This document shows positions 37,362 through 49,917 of a stretch of DNA of 64,000 nt, piece by piece (position 1 is the first letter of the stretch; each line of letters begins with the position of its first letter). Source of the DNA: Neoconidiobolus thromboides FSU 785 (Eukaryota; Fungi; Entomophthoromycota). A program made the position numbers and the translations under genes. The notes under the pieces were generated by a model. The model worked only from the letters and a program-made list of their open reading frames with translations. It was not told the DNA's origin and did no database searches. Location of the stretch: the NCBI GenBank assembly GCA_025603075.1, contig MU626376.1, forward strand, positions 495 to 64,494, in the 5' to 3' direction.

Positions 37362-39302
37362 GTTTTTAAAAAATAGGAACTCAATTATTTAAGTGTTAAC
37401 TTTACCATCTGTCAGCTTAAGCCTAAGCCTTAAAGTCTATTTTTTAAGGATAATTTATTTCACCTCCATTTTTTATAATAATACTATTTTTATTGAGCTT
37501 ACATTTTTTATTACCTTCATTCTATTTCCGAAACTTAATTAATTATCTTGTTTTCTTTTAATTTGATGTTCTAATAAATTTAAGTGCGTTGCGCAGACAC
37601 TGCTGTTGATTTGGAAGTCAGGGCTATAAAAATGAGTTGTTTAAAATACAACTTAAAAGAATGGCATTTTGAAGTGATATAGTTTCACTTAAAGTAAGCA
37701 AGATTTTTCCTGGGTTGGAATAATTCAATAAGAAAGTTATAGTTAAATAAGTATAACGCTACTATTGTAAATTGATTTATCATTTTAAAGTCAAATTGCT
37801 CCCTGTTTTATTTATAAAACTTCTTTATATTATTTTATTCAACAATTTTCGATTTTAAAGACCCCTGTAGTGGAACTATTAAGTGACTAAAGCCTCCAAC
37901 TACTAACCATATTCTTCTAAAGGCCTTGAATTTAAGTCTTAGTATAAGTCAGGAAAAGTCAGCTTCTTAAATCAATGATATTTTGATGCCTATTTTAATA
38001 GCTTTGACAAATTTAAGTAAAAAACACATATTAATAGCTTTTATTGAAGGTTTCAGTAAAGCTTTAGAAAACTTTGGTAAAATTTCAATATTGCTTTAAA
38101 GTATTTGTTAGTTCTGATAAACTAGTTAAGTCTCAAGTTATCCGGAAGCGTTTTGGAATTAAAGTACCATCTACTTTTATTTAAACTCTTCAAACCTACA
38201 AGTGGGAAAGATTATTGGGTTCAACCCCTACCCTTCCAGAACGCTCTCGTTGATGCATGAGTTCCTTAGGTTAGCTGATTTAAGCTTTTATTTTTTATGC
38301 CAATAAACTAGACACTTAGAGTTAATCCCTTTCAGAGAAAAAAGTGCTCTATTTAAGGATTGGTAACAGCCCCTCCGATCCTTTTTTAGAGGGATGCTAT
38401 TAACTGAACTAAAATTAAAGCAGAAGTTTATAAAAATCAAGGTATAGAATTGTTCAAAATTTGTGAGATAATATTATAATATTGATCACTACTATAGTTA
38501 ACGGATGTTAAGGAATTAATAAATAGCTAATTGATTATATTGGTGGAATAGCTCATTAAATATTGTTAGTATGAGAAAGCAAATATTTATAAATCAGTGT
38601 TATTTAAGTTTTAAACTTTCTATTAAAAGACAAAAGTTTGAATCATTAAAAAAAGAACTATTGTTAAATTATATATCATATTTAGTTTAATGTTTGTATT
38701 AAGGCGACAAACTTCTATCCAATAACTTTGGTGTTCTCACAATATATGAAATTCTAAACAATTGAAGTCATTTACTAAGTATAAATTGATAACCGCTTGA
38801 AGTAAACAGCAAATTAATGTACAATAGAGGGCTAAGATATAAGAACATAATATTACATTTATAAGTTTTGAATTGAACTTAAAGGTCATAAGCTTCTAAA
38901 AAAAGACAAAAATGATACAAGGCTTTTTCGAAAGTTCCCATGCATTTTTAAGCAGCGTTGAAAATAATTTGCATACACCAAAATGTACAAAATTAGCTGC
39001 AAATAATTTTCCTAGAATTTCTAAACTTTAATATATTTGAATTTTATATATCTGACAGATACGAAACCATTTTCCATTCAACGAAATATACATAATTTAT
39101 TAAAAAGCCTTGTATAAACCTAAGCTTAATATCGAATATTGAAATGTATTATTTTTAATATTCATAATTTATAATTCCAAACTTTACTTTAGGTAGAAGG
39201 AATATTATTTAAATATTCTATTTCAATATATGAAAATATAATTATAGAACAATTGTCTTATAACTATTATATTTGCAATCATGAAGAAAATGAAGCAAAA
39301 GC

Positions 39303-39309
39303 CTATAAA
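39303..39309 (+). promoter_or_regulatory. Putative TATA box of deacetylase gene 1
   Basis: GCCTATAAAAACCC about 110 bp upstream of the ATG, in a locally GC-richer context. Confidence 0.35.
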
Positions 39310-39417
39310 AACCCTCGGATCCCACCTCAATAATACCATAGAATATTTTCTATTAATTGTTGATTGATTGATACTACTTTGTAATAAATTTAACTCTAAT
39401 TATTGACTAATTAAAAA

Positions 39418-40122
39418 ATGAAATTCGTTAGCTTATTCTTTGTGATCTTTGTCGACTCCTTCTTACAGATTGTAACCTCCCAGATGATTACTCAATGTAC
39501 TCAAAATGGTGTATTTGCTTTAACTTTTGATGATGGTGTAACTCAATATAGCGAACAGATGCTAGATATCTTAAAAGAAAAAGGCGTTAAGGCTACTTTC
39601 TTTTATATTGGTTCTAACTTAGAATCCGATAAACAGAAAAAAACAGCTAAACGTGCTTTTGATGAAGGTCATCAGATTGCTTCCCACACTTGGAGTCATC
39701 CTGAGTTATCAAAATTATCTGCTGGAAAAGTAAAAGAAGAAATGCAAAAAACAGAGGATAATATTGAGGAAGCTATTGGAAAGAAAGTCCGATATATGAG
39801 AAATCCATTTTTAGATTCTAGTGAAGCAGTTGATAATATCTTAAGAGGGATGGATTATATTCAAGTTGGCGTTAATTTAGATACCTTTGATTGGAAAGTG
39901 AAAGATATTGACCCAGATAGAATTTTCTCAATAATTGATGATACTATGAAAACAGTCGATGTTAATACTCAATCATTTATCTCTCTACAACATGATTTAA
40001 CGGACCCTAAAGTAGCTAAAATTAGCGAAATCATTGATTTAGTTCGTTCTAAAAACTTTAGATTTGTTACTTCGGAAGAATGTTTGGACAAAGGACCTGC
40101 TTATAGAGATTTTTTTACTTAG
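39418..40122 (+). CDS. Secreted CE4/NodB polysaccharide (chitin) deacetylase, paralog 1 (234 aa)
   Basis: Signal peptide; all five CE4 motifs: TFDD, HTWSH, RNPF, DTFDW and LQH. Confidence 0.92.
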   Translation: MKFVSLFFVIFVDSFLQIVTSQMITQCTQNGVFALTFDDGVTQYSEQMLDILKEKGVKATFFYIGSNLESDKQKKTAKRAFDEGHQIASHTWSHPELSKLSAGKVKEEMQKTEDNIEEAIGKKVRYMRNPFLDSSEAVDNILRGMDYIQVGVNLDTFDWKVKDIDPDRIFSIIDDTMKTVDVNTQSFISLQHDLTDPKVAKISEIIDLVRSKNFRFVTSEECLDKGPAYRDFFT

Positions 40123-40405
40123 TCCCTCTGTTCAAGTAATTCAAGAACAAACTGTTCCTCAATTTCAGGCTGGTGTCGATGCTTTAGTTACTCAAGAACA
40201 AGGTGTTGTTCAATAATAAGCTACTTCTCAGGAGCAAGCTTTTCTAGCACTTGAGGACTCTCAAGCTAACAATGATTGCAGTGAAGATGAGACGAAGGAG
40301 ATCCGATTAAGAAAACTTAACTATTGTAAACATAGCAGACCAACTCAAACTCATAAACCGCATCCTAAAGGGTTACCAACTTCTATTACAAGTATTTGTT
40401 AGCCG
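40123..40405 (+). pseudogene. Out-of-frame, decayed former C-terminal extension of deacetylase paralog 1
   Basis: The +1 frame reads PSVQVIQEQTVPQ...VVQ**ATSQEQ...HKPHPKGLPTSITSIC*; its end resembles paralog 2's KPHGSRKCKPTSI. The frame breaks at a T run just before the TAG. Confidence 0.6.
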
Positions 40406-40572
40406 TAATTAAAGTTTAGTTTATCATACTTTTGTTTTTGGATTGTTTAAATTGTTTTTATATAAGTTAATACATATACTTTAATATAGTAAGATATCAA
40501 TGTCTTTGGTTGGATGTTTATAGTCTTTCAAATAGCCTTTATGGTATTTGTACAAACCTTTCTCGATAATAA

Positions 40573-40673
40573 TTGGGGATGTTTTTTTTTATTTCATTAC
40601 TTTTTCCATTTTTAAGCGTTATTTGAGCGAAAAGATTTTTGGTAAATTCTTAAACAAAAAAATACATTCCCAT
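40573..40673 (-). mobile_element. MITE family A copy
   Basis: TGGGGATGTTTTTTTTT...AATACATTCCCAT. Confidence 0.87.
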
Positions 40674-40873
40674 TATTTGGAAAAAGTGGTTAAATTTATA
40701 ACATACGTTTAATTAATATACATTTTATAGAAAATTATATTTATGATACCATTAGTTGTAAATACTTTATACATATCAAAAGGAAAAAACCTTACATAAT
40801 CAACTACTAATTTATTGAAAACTATCAAAATTGAATTTTATTACAAATAGCATTAATACTCTAAAAATAAAAC

Positions 40874-40972
40874 AGGAGAATATATTTTTCTGTTTAAGAA
40901 CTTTACTAACAATTTTTCTGCACGAATAGCACTTAAAAGATAGAAAAGTGATAAAGCCAAAAAACACCGCAT
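40874..40972 (+). mobile_element. MITE family A copy (degenerate)
   Basis: GGAGAATATATTTTTCTGTTTAAGAACTTTACTAAC...GCCAAAAAACACCGCAT. Confidence 0.8.
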
Positions 40973-43589
40973 ATAATATTTAGATTTAAAAAACTAAAAC
41001 TGAGGTAAATAAATAGCTAGAGGCCAAATCCTTAGAGTTATAAAGTTTAGCACTACTTAACTTAATGTATTTAAAAGGATGATTAGATATTTTACGAAAG
41101 TAGTGTCAGTATCTCGACTGTTAAAATCTTTTTACTTCAGAATAAACGTGAGCTACCCAAAACCTCTATTACCAAGCCTTATAATATTTTCAAAATTTTA
41201 TTAATGTCAGACCTTTATAAAAGTCTAAAATACTTGTTCAGAATTCGCTAGTTGTAAGATAAAACTATGCAATTATCTTGGTAAAAAGGAAAAAATAGTT
41301 AATATGTTCAAATATTTGGAAAAGTTCAAACACTTTGTTAAACATATGACAATATACATATATAAAACAACTTAAAATAAAGCCGTTTTAGAGTAACTTA
41401 TTTTAAAAAGTGACAATTAAATATAATTAAGGTCATATAATGAAATCTTAAAATACTTTAAAAAATTCAATCATAAAAATGTGGTTTTAAATGTAACAGC
41501 TTTTAAGTTTATTTTATTTTGTAGTAACTATTTTACTTTTAAATTGATTTATAACAAAATATAAAAATCACATAACAGATGTTTTATAAATTTTTCATAT
41601 GTAAAAATCACTATATTTATGATATATTAATTTCAACTCTTATTGAAATTTAAGTCATATCTTTAAAACTACTTTTGTAATTCTATATGAATGCTACTCT
41701 CTCATTCCAAAGGATTTTTCTTAGTTTTTGGCAAATTGAAAATCTTATCAACAGGAATCAAGTTTCTTAATCTTGCCTCTCTTGATACAAGGGTTTCAAT
41801 GGTAAATGACTATCCTGTTCTTTCACCTCAAAGCTTTTCCGTAACTCTAATTCCTTTCTCTTTTCTTACTTTTGCCTTTATCTCTTTGGAATCCACCTTT
41901 TGTTGCTAGTTCCTCTTTTTATTGTTATCTTATTATGGTTCTTTATATGAAGCAAGGCACTTTCCAGTTCAGGTAAGGATAAAAGCTCTTTCAAATTGAT
42001 TGCTTTTAACCTACTAACTTATTTGAAATTTAATGTTATTCTTAAATGCCTACTACGACCCAATTGAATTATTTCTTCCCTGCTTTTTTCAAACATAACC
42101 AACCTGGTATCTAACTACTTTCACTGTTGTTACCCTATTTAATGTGTACTTTTTATAAGGGTATATACCACCACTTTACTAAGGGTTTAATATCATTATC
42201 TAATAAAGATAGTTCTATGACTATAAATAATATTTTTTATCAACGTTAGACGGTATCTTATTTCAAGTCAGAATTCTCTAAAGACTTTAGCGAATAATAA
42301 TGCTAACTTGGTATTTACTCAGTAAGGTTGTGATTTAACTAAATATTTGAAGAAAATATTCCTATCTCAGTACCTGGTTTAAGCTCTTAATTTTTGATAT
42401 ACTACTTTAAAATGATTTAATATCAAAAAGCTTATTTAGAGTTTGGATGTTTATTGATTTACCTTTACTGTAATATATTCCTTTGGTTATCATGCTTTTG
42501 CTTTATTAAATTTAGGTATACCTTTAAACAAAAATTCATGATAATAATCCCATATTTATGATAGCTTGTAATATCATAAGTGAAAAGTCCAATATCATTG
42601 AAAAAGACACCAACAGTTTTCGAAAAACATACGTTCTGAAAATAGTAAAAATTATAACTTAATCAATTGCCTTCAATATTTTATTAATTTAGGCAATGGG
42701 AACAAATGCCAGGGATATGCTATTGGATTAAATTTTCAAGTGGTTTTGATTTAAGTTATACATTATTTAAGTTCTCAAAGATATTTCGCAGTTTATATAA
42801 ATAATAAAAGAAAAGTTCATATGAGAATAGATTATGTCACTTGAAAACCATATAATCACCAAATAGTGTTGGCTTGTGGTATATACTATCATAAGATATC
42901 ATCAAAATAAACCTTATATGATTGCTCAAATAAAAGTTCTCTGAAGCATCATACCATTCTTAAAGAATATATTTTTATGAGTATTTTTAATGTTGTTTTA
43001 TTGGATAATATGTGGGAAATACTAAAGACGAGAATTTCGAAGATTATGTACCACTTTAAATGGGGCCTTTCAAGAACACACTTAGGCAGCATGTTTTTCA
43101 TACATAACTTAAACCTTATTTATGTTGAAAGTATGTAGAACATTGTCTTTTCACCTAAAATGGGACTTAATATGCTTGTCATCTTTAAAACTGTGAACAT
43201 ATTAAAGGAGTCTGGTTTTATCAATAAACCTAAAGTATGGTATTCTTTTTATTAATAAATTCTCAAGGATTACACTTAGAACTAGCTACTCACTAGTTGA
43301 TATAAAAATATACTTTATCTATTTAATTATGGCTTTAGTTTTATCTTTTTGTCCAAATAACTCTTCCTTAATAGGGATATAATTATTAATTTTCCTGTGC
43401 ATAAATAAATAATATTCTGTACCAATATGTACTAAATTTGATTGGTATTTCTAGAGTTATATATAATTGTAACATTTTTAATCACATCAATATAGTATAA
43501 ATAGCTATACCGAGCACTATTTTCCTTTGGAAATCATTTATTAATTAATTTCTTTTAACATATCACTATTAGCATCCTTAATCTAAATC

Positions 43590-44585
43590 ATGAAGTTCTT
43601 TACTATTACTCCTGTATTACTCATTAGTTCTATCTTCCAATCCATTAGTTCACAGTCTATTTCCAAATGTACCCAAAATGGTGTATTTGCTTTAACTTTT
43701 GATGATGGTGTTACAGACTATACTGGTGAAATGTTGGATATATTGAAGGTGAAAGGTGTTAAAGCTACTTTTTTCTATATTGGTTCTAACCTTGAATCTG
43801 AGGATCACAAAGTGATTGCTAAACGTGCTTTTGATGAAGGCCACCAAATCGCTTCTCATACTTGGACCCATCCTTCACTCACTTCTTTATCTCCTGAAGA
43901 AGTAAAAAATGAAATGAAAAAGACCGAAGACGTCCTTGAGAAAACTATTGGAAAGAAAGTGAGATATATGAGAAGCCCATACCTTGCATCTAATGATGCA
44001 GTAAATGCTTTATTGAAAGGAATGGATTATGTTCAAGTTGGAGTTAATTTAGATAGTAACGACTGGAAACATAGAGATACTGCACCACAAAAGATTTTTG
44101 ACGCTTTCAAAGATGCTATGAATGCCCCAGGAGTTGAATCCCAATCTTTTATCTCTTTACAACATGACTTGACTAACCCTTCAGTAGCTAAAATTGGAGA
44201 AATCATTGATTTAGTTCGTTCTAAAAATTTCAGGTTTGTTACTGTCGAAGAATGTTTAAGAAAGGGCCCAGCCTATAGGGATTCCCAAGCTACTCCATCT
44301 ATTACATCTACTCCATCCAGTACATCTACTCCATCCAGTACATCTACTCCATCCAGTACATCTACTACATCCAGTACATCTACTCCATCCAGTACATCTA
44401 CTCCATCCAGTACATCTACTCCATCCAGTACATCTCTATCCAGTACATCTACTCCATCCAGTACATCTACTCAATCTGTTCCTTTAAACCAAGGTAAACC
44501 CCAAGGTGAAAAATATGAAGTTATTACACCAAAACCTCATGGTTCTCGTAAATGTAAACCTACCTCTATTCCAAAACGTAATTAA
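43590..44585 (+). CDS. Secreted CE4/NodB polysaccharide (chitin) deacetylase, paralog 2, with S/T/P stalk (331 aa)
   Basis: Signal peptide; TFDD, HTWTH, RSPY, DSNDW and LQH motifs; catalytic domain closely similar to paralog 1; TPSSTS repeats; basic C-terminus. Confidence 0.93.
   Translation: MKFFTITPVLLISSIFQSISSQSISKCTQNGVFALTFDDGVTDYTGEMLDILKVKGVKATFFYIGSNLESEDHKVIAKRAFDEGHQIASHTWTHPSLTSLSPEEVKNEMKKTEDVLEKTIGKKVRYMRSPYLASNDAVNALLKGMDYVQVGVNLDSNDWKHRDTAPQKIFDAFKDAMNAPGVESQSFISLQHDLTNPSVAKIGEIIDLVRSKNFRFVTVEECLRKGPAYRDSQATPSITSTPSSTSTPSSTSTPSSTSTTSSTSTPSSTSTPSSTSTPSSTSLSSTSTPSSTSTQSVPLNQGKPQGEKYEVITPKPHGSRKCKPTSIPKRN
44292..44471 (+). repeat. Coding minisatellite, 18-bp unit ACTCCATCCAGTACATCT x~10 (TPSSTS)
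   Basis: About ten near-identical units, one shortened to 15 bp so the frame is preserved. Confidence 0.95.
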
Positions 44586-45338
44586 TATGTTATAAATAAT
44601 TTGTAATGTAGATTTGATTAATTTTATTTTGACTTCTTATCATGTAAAATAAAAATATAACACATAATACAATACACTAAAAAGCATTTTCAATTGCTAA
44701 AATATACCAAACACTATTCATATTTTAACTGGATTGCTGATTAGATTATAGTCTAATAAATTTGCCCTTTAATATAATGGGTAAAGTTATATATCCAAGT
44801 TTACTTGTCACGCTTCATTATGTGAGATCGATTTCTAACTTTCTTTTATCGTATGTTGACAACATCACAATATTTTAATGCTAAGCTTTCAAAAGTCAAT
44901 AATTATAAAGGAGTTTTTCACTTAATTGGAGTAACTGATTTTCAATATTCTTCACAAAAGAATTGTAGAATCTTCATGAATTTTATGTTCATCAATAAAG
45001 CAAATATCGTCTGCATTATATTTAAATACTGTTTAATTATATAGCGCATATACAAATGGGCTATAAATTCCCTATATTTTAAGACAAATTTAGAGTATAA
45101 ATCTATAGTATTTTTAAAAACAAAAGGGGGGATTAAAGCATCAAATCAGAAAGGATGAAGAAAGAATAGAAAACACATTTTTCTATAAAAACTTGTTTAG
45201 ATTTTATACACAAGAACCATTCATATATCGCACAGGAATTAGATACTTTAACACAATTCAATTGGTAGAGATTTTATTAAATGATTGCATGAGTATAAGT
45301 GGAAACTGATTTGTGATTTAAGATTATTATTATACTAT

Positions 45339-45437
45339 ATGAGGATCTATTTTTTGTTTAAGAATTTTACTAACAATTTTTCCACTCAAATAGCACTTAA
45401 AAAATGGAAAAGTAACGAGATAAAAAAACATCCCCAT
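45339..45437 (+). mobile_element. MITE family A copy
   Basis: ATGAGGATCTATTTTTTG...AAAAAACATCCCCAT. Confidence 0.88.
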
Positions 45438-46319
45438 ATTATGTATTCGAATGAATGATTGACCAAGGGAACTACTGGGCTCGCCAATGTTACAAACATG
45501 TTTTGCTAATTTGCAAAGACTGATGATAATTTTAGTAAATCAATCTGCTTTCTATGCCAGTCAGTCATATAGCTCTAAAATTACCTTAGAAATAGCTGAA
45601 AATACGACGAATGCTATGAAAACTCGTACCTTTCTATCAGATGTTTCTATCTCATATATATCAATAAGCTTAGTATATATGGTAAGCTAATACAACACTT
45701 TTACTACAATTTTATAGTTGAGCATATTTTACTCTTCAGTATTCAATTATGTTTCGGAGTTTTCACATATAATAAGACTTTTAAAAGTTAATTGTTTATA
45801 TTTTTTATAAGTCGACATTAAAATAGACTAAAGTTTGGAATAATAGAGTGTCTCTAAGAATTGTCCCAAAAATTTAAACACTAAACTCTAGACGTTAGTT
45901 TCTCAATAACTAGCAATTGAAAAGCATTCATACTTTGGGATAATTTACAGAGATACTATACGGGGATATCCGAATTAGGTTCATTTTTTTATTTAATTTA
46001 AATATTTTATGTTTTAAAAATTTTGCTTAAAATTCTATGAAAATAAAATCTTTATTAAGTAGTAAAGGTACCCAAGATAGCTTCAAATTGTTTTATTATA
46101 ATCTATATTGTAGATTAGCAAAATTTCTATTAAATTTAGTAGAAAATTCCCGGATTAGCAAGACTTTTGCTAATATAATATACATGTTAATATTAATCAA
46201 AGTTGTATTATGTAAATAAATACGTGTTCTTATAAAACTTCATTGAGAGATATTTATTGTTGACTGCTTTATAGCCAACATTGCAGATTTACTATCAAAT
46301 AAATAAATTATTTTAATGT

Positions 46320-46782
46320 TGTGAAATCTGGTACTCAGGGTTTGGAGTCAAGAACAGCTATTACTGGGTTGACTACACTATAAGTCCAAAGGTCTTAGTT
46401 TATGTGACTAAGATAGACTTGCATTATGAGAAATAGCACGTAATAGGTTACAAGCTATATAAGACAGATAGAATAGACAATATTAATGTAAATCTACGTA
46501 AAATACTATTAAGGAAACTTAGTGGCTTTATTAAATGTTCGAGATATCAGGGAATAATTCAGTTAAGAAGCCTCGAACAGCTATACTCTGTAAACTCTTT
46601 TATATTCTGAAAAGTATAAATATCAAAATGAGAAGATAATACTCTTTGTAATGGAGCTAGAAATTCTCATAGTAAATCAAACTAAGAACGTGGAATTGAT
46701 TTTCTCTAAACTCGGGAACACAACAACTTAAGTGCTTATTATGTTATAATCAATCATGGAGCTGAAAAAGCGATATTTCACA
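46320..46782. mobile_element. Solo-LTR-like element, family L copy 1 (no matching TSD)
   Basis: TGTGAAAT...ATTTCACA inverted termini; high similarity to 61617-62118 (inverted) and 63777-64000; flanks AATGT and GCTAA do not match. Confidence 0.8.
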
Positions 46783-47537
46783 GCTAAGTTTATTATTGTA
46801 AACAGTTATTAAAATTAGTGTAAATGAACTACAATGTTTATATAATGTGCTTTTCTTTGCTATGTTAAAACTTTTAAAAATTCCATTTTGAATTTTAGTT
46901 ACAAAAACTTGCATCTTATTCTTATTTTAATAAAAATGAACTTAAATAGCTATATATTTGTATATTATACATCTATTAAATATTTAATAAAAATAGTATA
47001 AAACATAATTGAAAAAAGTGATTATTTAAATAATAGAACAATAGGTCTTTTAAGCTAAATTTTTCATTTAATTTCAAGCTTTTTAAATTCAATTATACAT
47101 TAAAAACTTACAACTTTGAAAACTTAAAATTCTAATTAATTTCTAGGTAAATTCTGAAACTAATTCAGATACCTCTATATATTAGCTTTTAACCAGTACT
47201 TACATAAAGCTTTAGGTTTTGAATTAAGTATCAGTAACATAAAAAACAATGACTGTTTGAGTAGAAAATAGTGTAAAAAGCTAAACAATCAAACGAAAAC
47301 AGCTTTTAGAACTAACTAATATAAATACTGATGATATCCTATCAAAAAATAATGTTTGATTTATGAGCTATGTCTTAATAGAAACAGAGAAAGGCTAATT
47401 ATAATGTTTATTTTGAAAAATCAAAAAATTAAAAAATCCAAAATTAGGAATTTAGTTTCATCATTTTATCTGAGGTTATATTTAGCTTTATTATTTCTCC
47501 TTAGGAATATAGCTCAAGCCACTAACTTTTCATTAAT

Positions 47538-47635
47538 ATGGAGATATATTTTTTCATTTAGCAATTTTACTAGCAATCTTTTCGCTCAAATGGCGCTTAA
47601 AAATGAAAAAAGTAATGAAACCAAAAAATCCACAT
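47538..47635 (+). mobile_element. MITE family A copy (degenerate)
   Basis: ATGGAGATATATTTTTT...CTCAAATGGCGCTTAAAAATGAAAAAAGTAATGAAACCAAAAAATCCACAT. Confidence 0.8.
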
Positions 47636-49719
47636 ATAATATCGTAAATATTTATACAATGAAATCAAGCATTAATAAAAAGTATAGATAAATTTTGCTC
47701 AATAAATATATACTATATATTAAATAAAACCAATAAGTGTCAATAGACGTTAACGTTTCGATTTAAAAAGCTAACATAATATTATTTTTAACAACTTGAT
47801 TATGTAAGATTGTTTTTTATTAGCCTAATTCAATACTTTTTTAATTTTTTTTCTAAAAAGGAATTCTTTAGTCACAATAACACTTCGGCTACTTATTTAG
47901 CTTAATATTATTAAAAAGCAATTATAATAAATTCTTTTTGGCTATATTAATTTCATGCAAATGTCTAATTTTGGGTTCATCAGTTTAATAGATTTTAACA
48001 TACAAACTTAATATACAAAGTATCAACAATCTTAAACTTTATAATCATTGAGATCAAATTTCAATAACTTTACCATCTTGTCCTTTGTCTATAATAATAT
48101 TAAATATCATTGTGCTCTGGTAAATCAAAAACTTATGGTTGTATACGCTTATTCATGCCGTTTAAAAGCAAATTAAAATATTTAATTTAAATATGTGTTA
48201 TAGTGACTTAGTTTGCTAGATTATTCTAAGTTTATTGTAAATATTTGATACAAAATCTCGATGTCTGGAATTTAAATTTATTAATAGAAAATCAAACTTA
48301 CAAATTACTATTTTTTTTATTTCAGTACTAGCTTTTAATGCCCCATTATATTTAGTAACGCTTATATATTAATATTCAGAATGATAAAAATACATATTCA
48401 ATTTCTATTTGCTCAAAATGGGGTTGACTGATGATGTTTTAATTAGACAAAATGCTTTGAATAGCTATAGAATGTTTATTTTAACAAAAACATTAGACTA
48501 AGCATATAAAGGTATAAGTAATGATTTTATATCTCTTTCATAACAACAGTTATTTAAAAAAGTAAGCAACTATATTGTATAAATTTATTAAATACTTTGC
48601 ATCTTCTATAGATTTAAGCTACACACTATTTTTTAATACTTTTTACTTCAAACTAAATTGAGCACTATACAAATGATTATTTAAAGGGTATTTTTCTGGT
48701 TAAATTATTTAAGAATATTATTGATTAAGCGAGTAGAAGATTTCTCTTACTACAAAGGGCAATCTGGATTTATTCAAGTATTACTAAAAAAATACTTATA
48801 AATAAATTTTAAGCTGTGGGGTCCCGAGACAACCACTTCAGCTTAAAACCCTGATAGTTTACAATAGTTCATGTTGCTAACAAAGCAAACTGTTGTTTAT
48901 TAGTAAATTGCGGCTATTTGTCAGTAAGATACCAAGTAGGCTTTTAATACATATTTTAAAATACTTATTAAGCTAAAATTGCTTACCAAATAATCTTACT
49001 CCGATTTTTATAATAAAGCTAAACATTCTAAAATGTATTTGACTGGGATAAACTATTAGCCAAAAATTCAGAGACCATATAGCTTTTTTCAAATACTCAA
49101 CACAAACTTATTTTTAAAATAGTAGCCGCGTTTATTTATTTTGCTATTTTATTTAGAAACTATAACAATTTATAGAATTTTATTCATGAAATTCATCATT
49201 TATGTAACTTGATGCTTTTAGATTAAATAAACAAACATAAAGTAAAATGAAAACTTATAATATAGGTATGATGAAGGTATTATTTAAATTATATTGAATC
49301 TATCAAATTCCTCACTGTTTTGACAAATGTTAAGAAAAATTAAAAATCTATAATATCATATGATTAAAGAGGGATCTTAGGGAATTTGATTAGGCTAATT
49401 ATTTATTAACAAAAAAAAGAATAAACTATTATTTTTAATTAAAAAAACGTTACAGAAAATGTACTATTTTATCTATTCGGGGCGTCAGTTGCTGCAAATA
49501 ATAATTGATTATGTAAAGTTAAAATTTATTTTTGTATCAAAGTATCTTTAGGCTAATAGTGATATAAAATGAAATGAATTTGGAACACATATTTGGTATT
49601 TTACGTTTAATAAAACTATTAAATAATGATTGTGAGTTGTATCATAACCTAATTAATGCTAATTAAATTTTAAGTTGGCTGAATACTAATATTTCTAAAT
49701 TAATAAATAGAGATGTTGC

Positions 49720-49917
49720 TACGGGGGCTTTTTTAACTTGAATCTAGTGTATTCGGTTGAGCTTTAATATAAAAACAATTATAATGTCTATTATTTATAG
49801 GACTCCAAGGTGTAAAAAAAGATTAATGTTTCATAGTAAAGGATATAAAGTTAATTTTCATGGGAGTATTTAGGCTCTAAATTAAATGAAAATGTAAGTA
49901 TGTACGAATCCCCCGTA
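49720..49917. mobile_element. Candidate ~200-bp TIR element (TA-flanked)
   Basis: TA-CGGGGGCTT ... AATCCCCCG-TA: 8/9 inverted match between rare GC-rich words. Single copy in the window. Confidence 0.4.

Noticed and set aside
37850-38350. Coding-like decayed stretch (…VIRKRFGIKVPSTFI*TLQTYKWERLLG…)
   Set aside because: Multiple stops and no motif I can assign; tblastx against repeat and protein libraries would be needed.
41690-42650. Coding-like decayed stretch on the minus strand between the deacetylases
   Set aside because: Fragmented frames with no recognisable RT, integrase or transposase motif. Track ORF 41691-41909 is probably its antisense shadow.
14756-44585. Chitin synthase plus deacetylases as a chitosan gene cluster
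   Set aside because: They are separated by more than 20 kb of unrelated housekeeping genes, and both families are multicopy in such fungi, so co-occurrence is expected by chance.
47120-47170. ~50-bp similarity to 63425-63475 (AATTAATTTCTA(G/A)GTAAATTCTGAAAC)
   Set aside because: The match seems real but is too short to define an element or its boundaries within this window.
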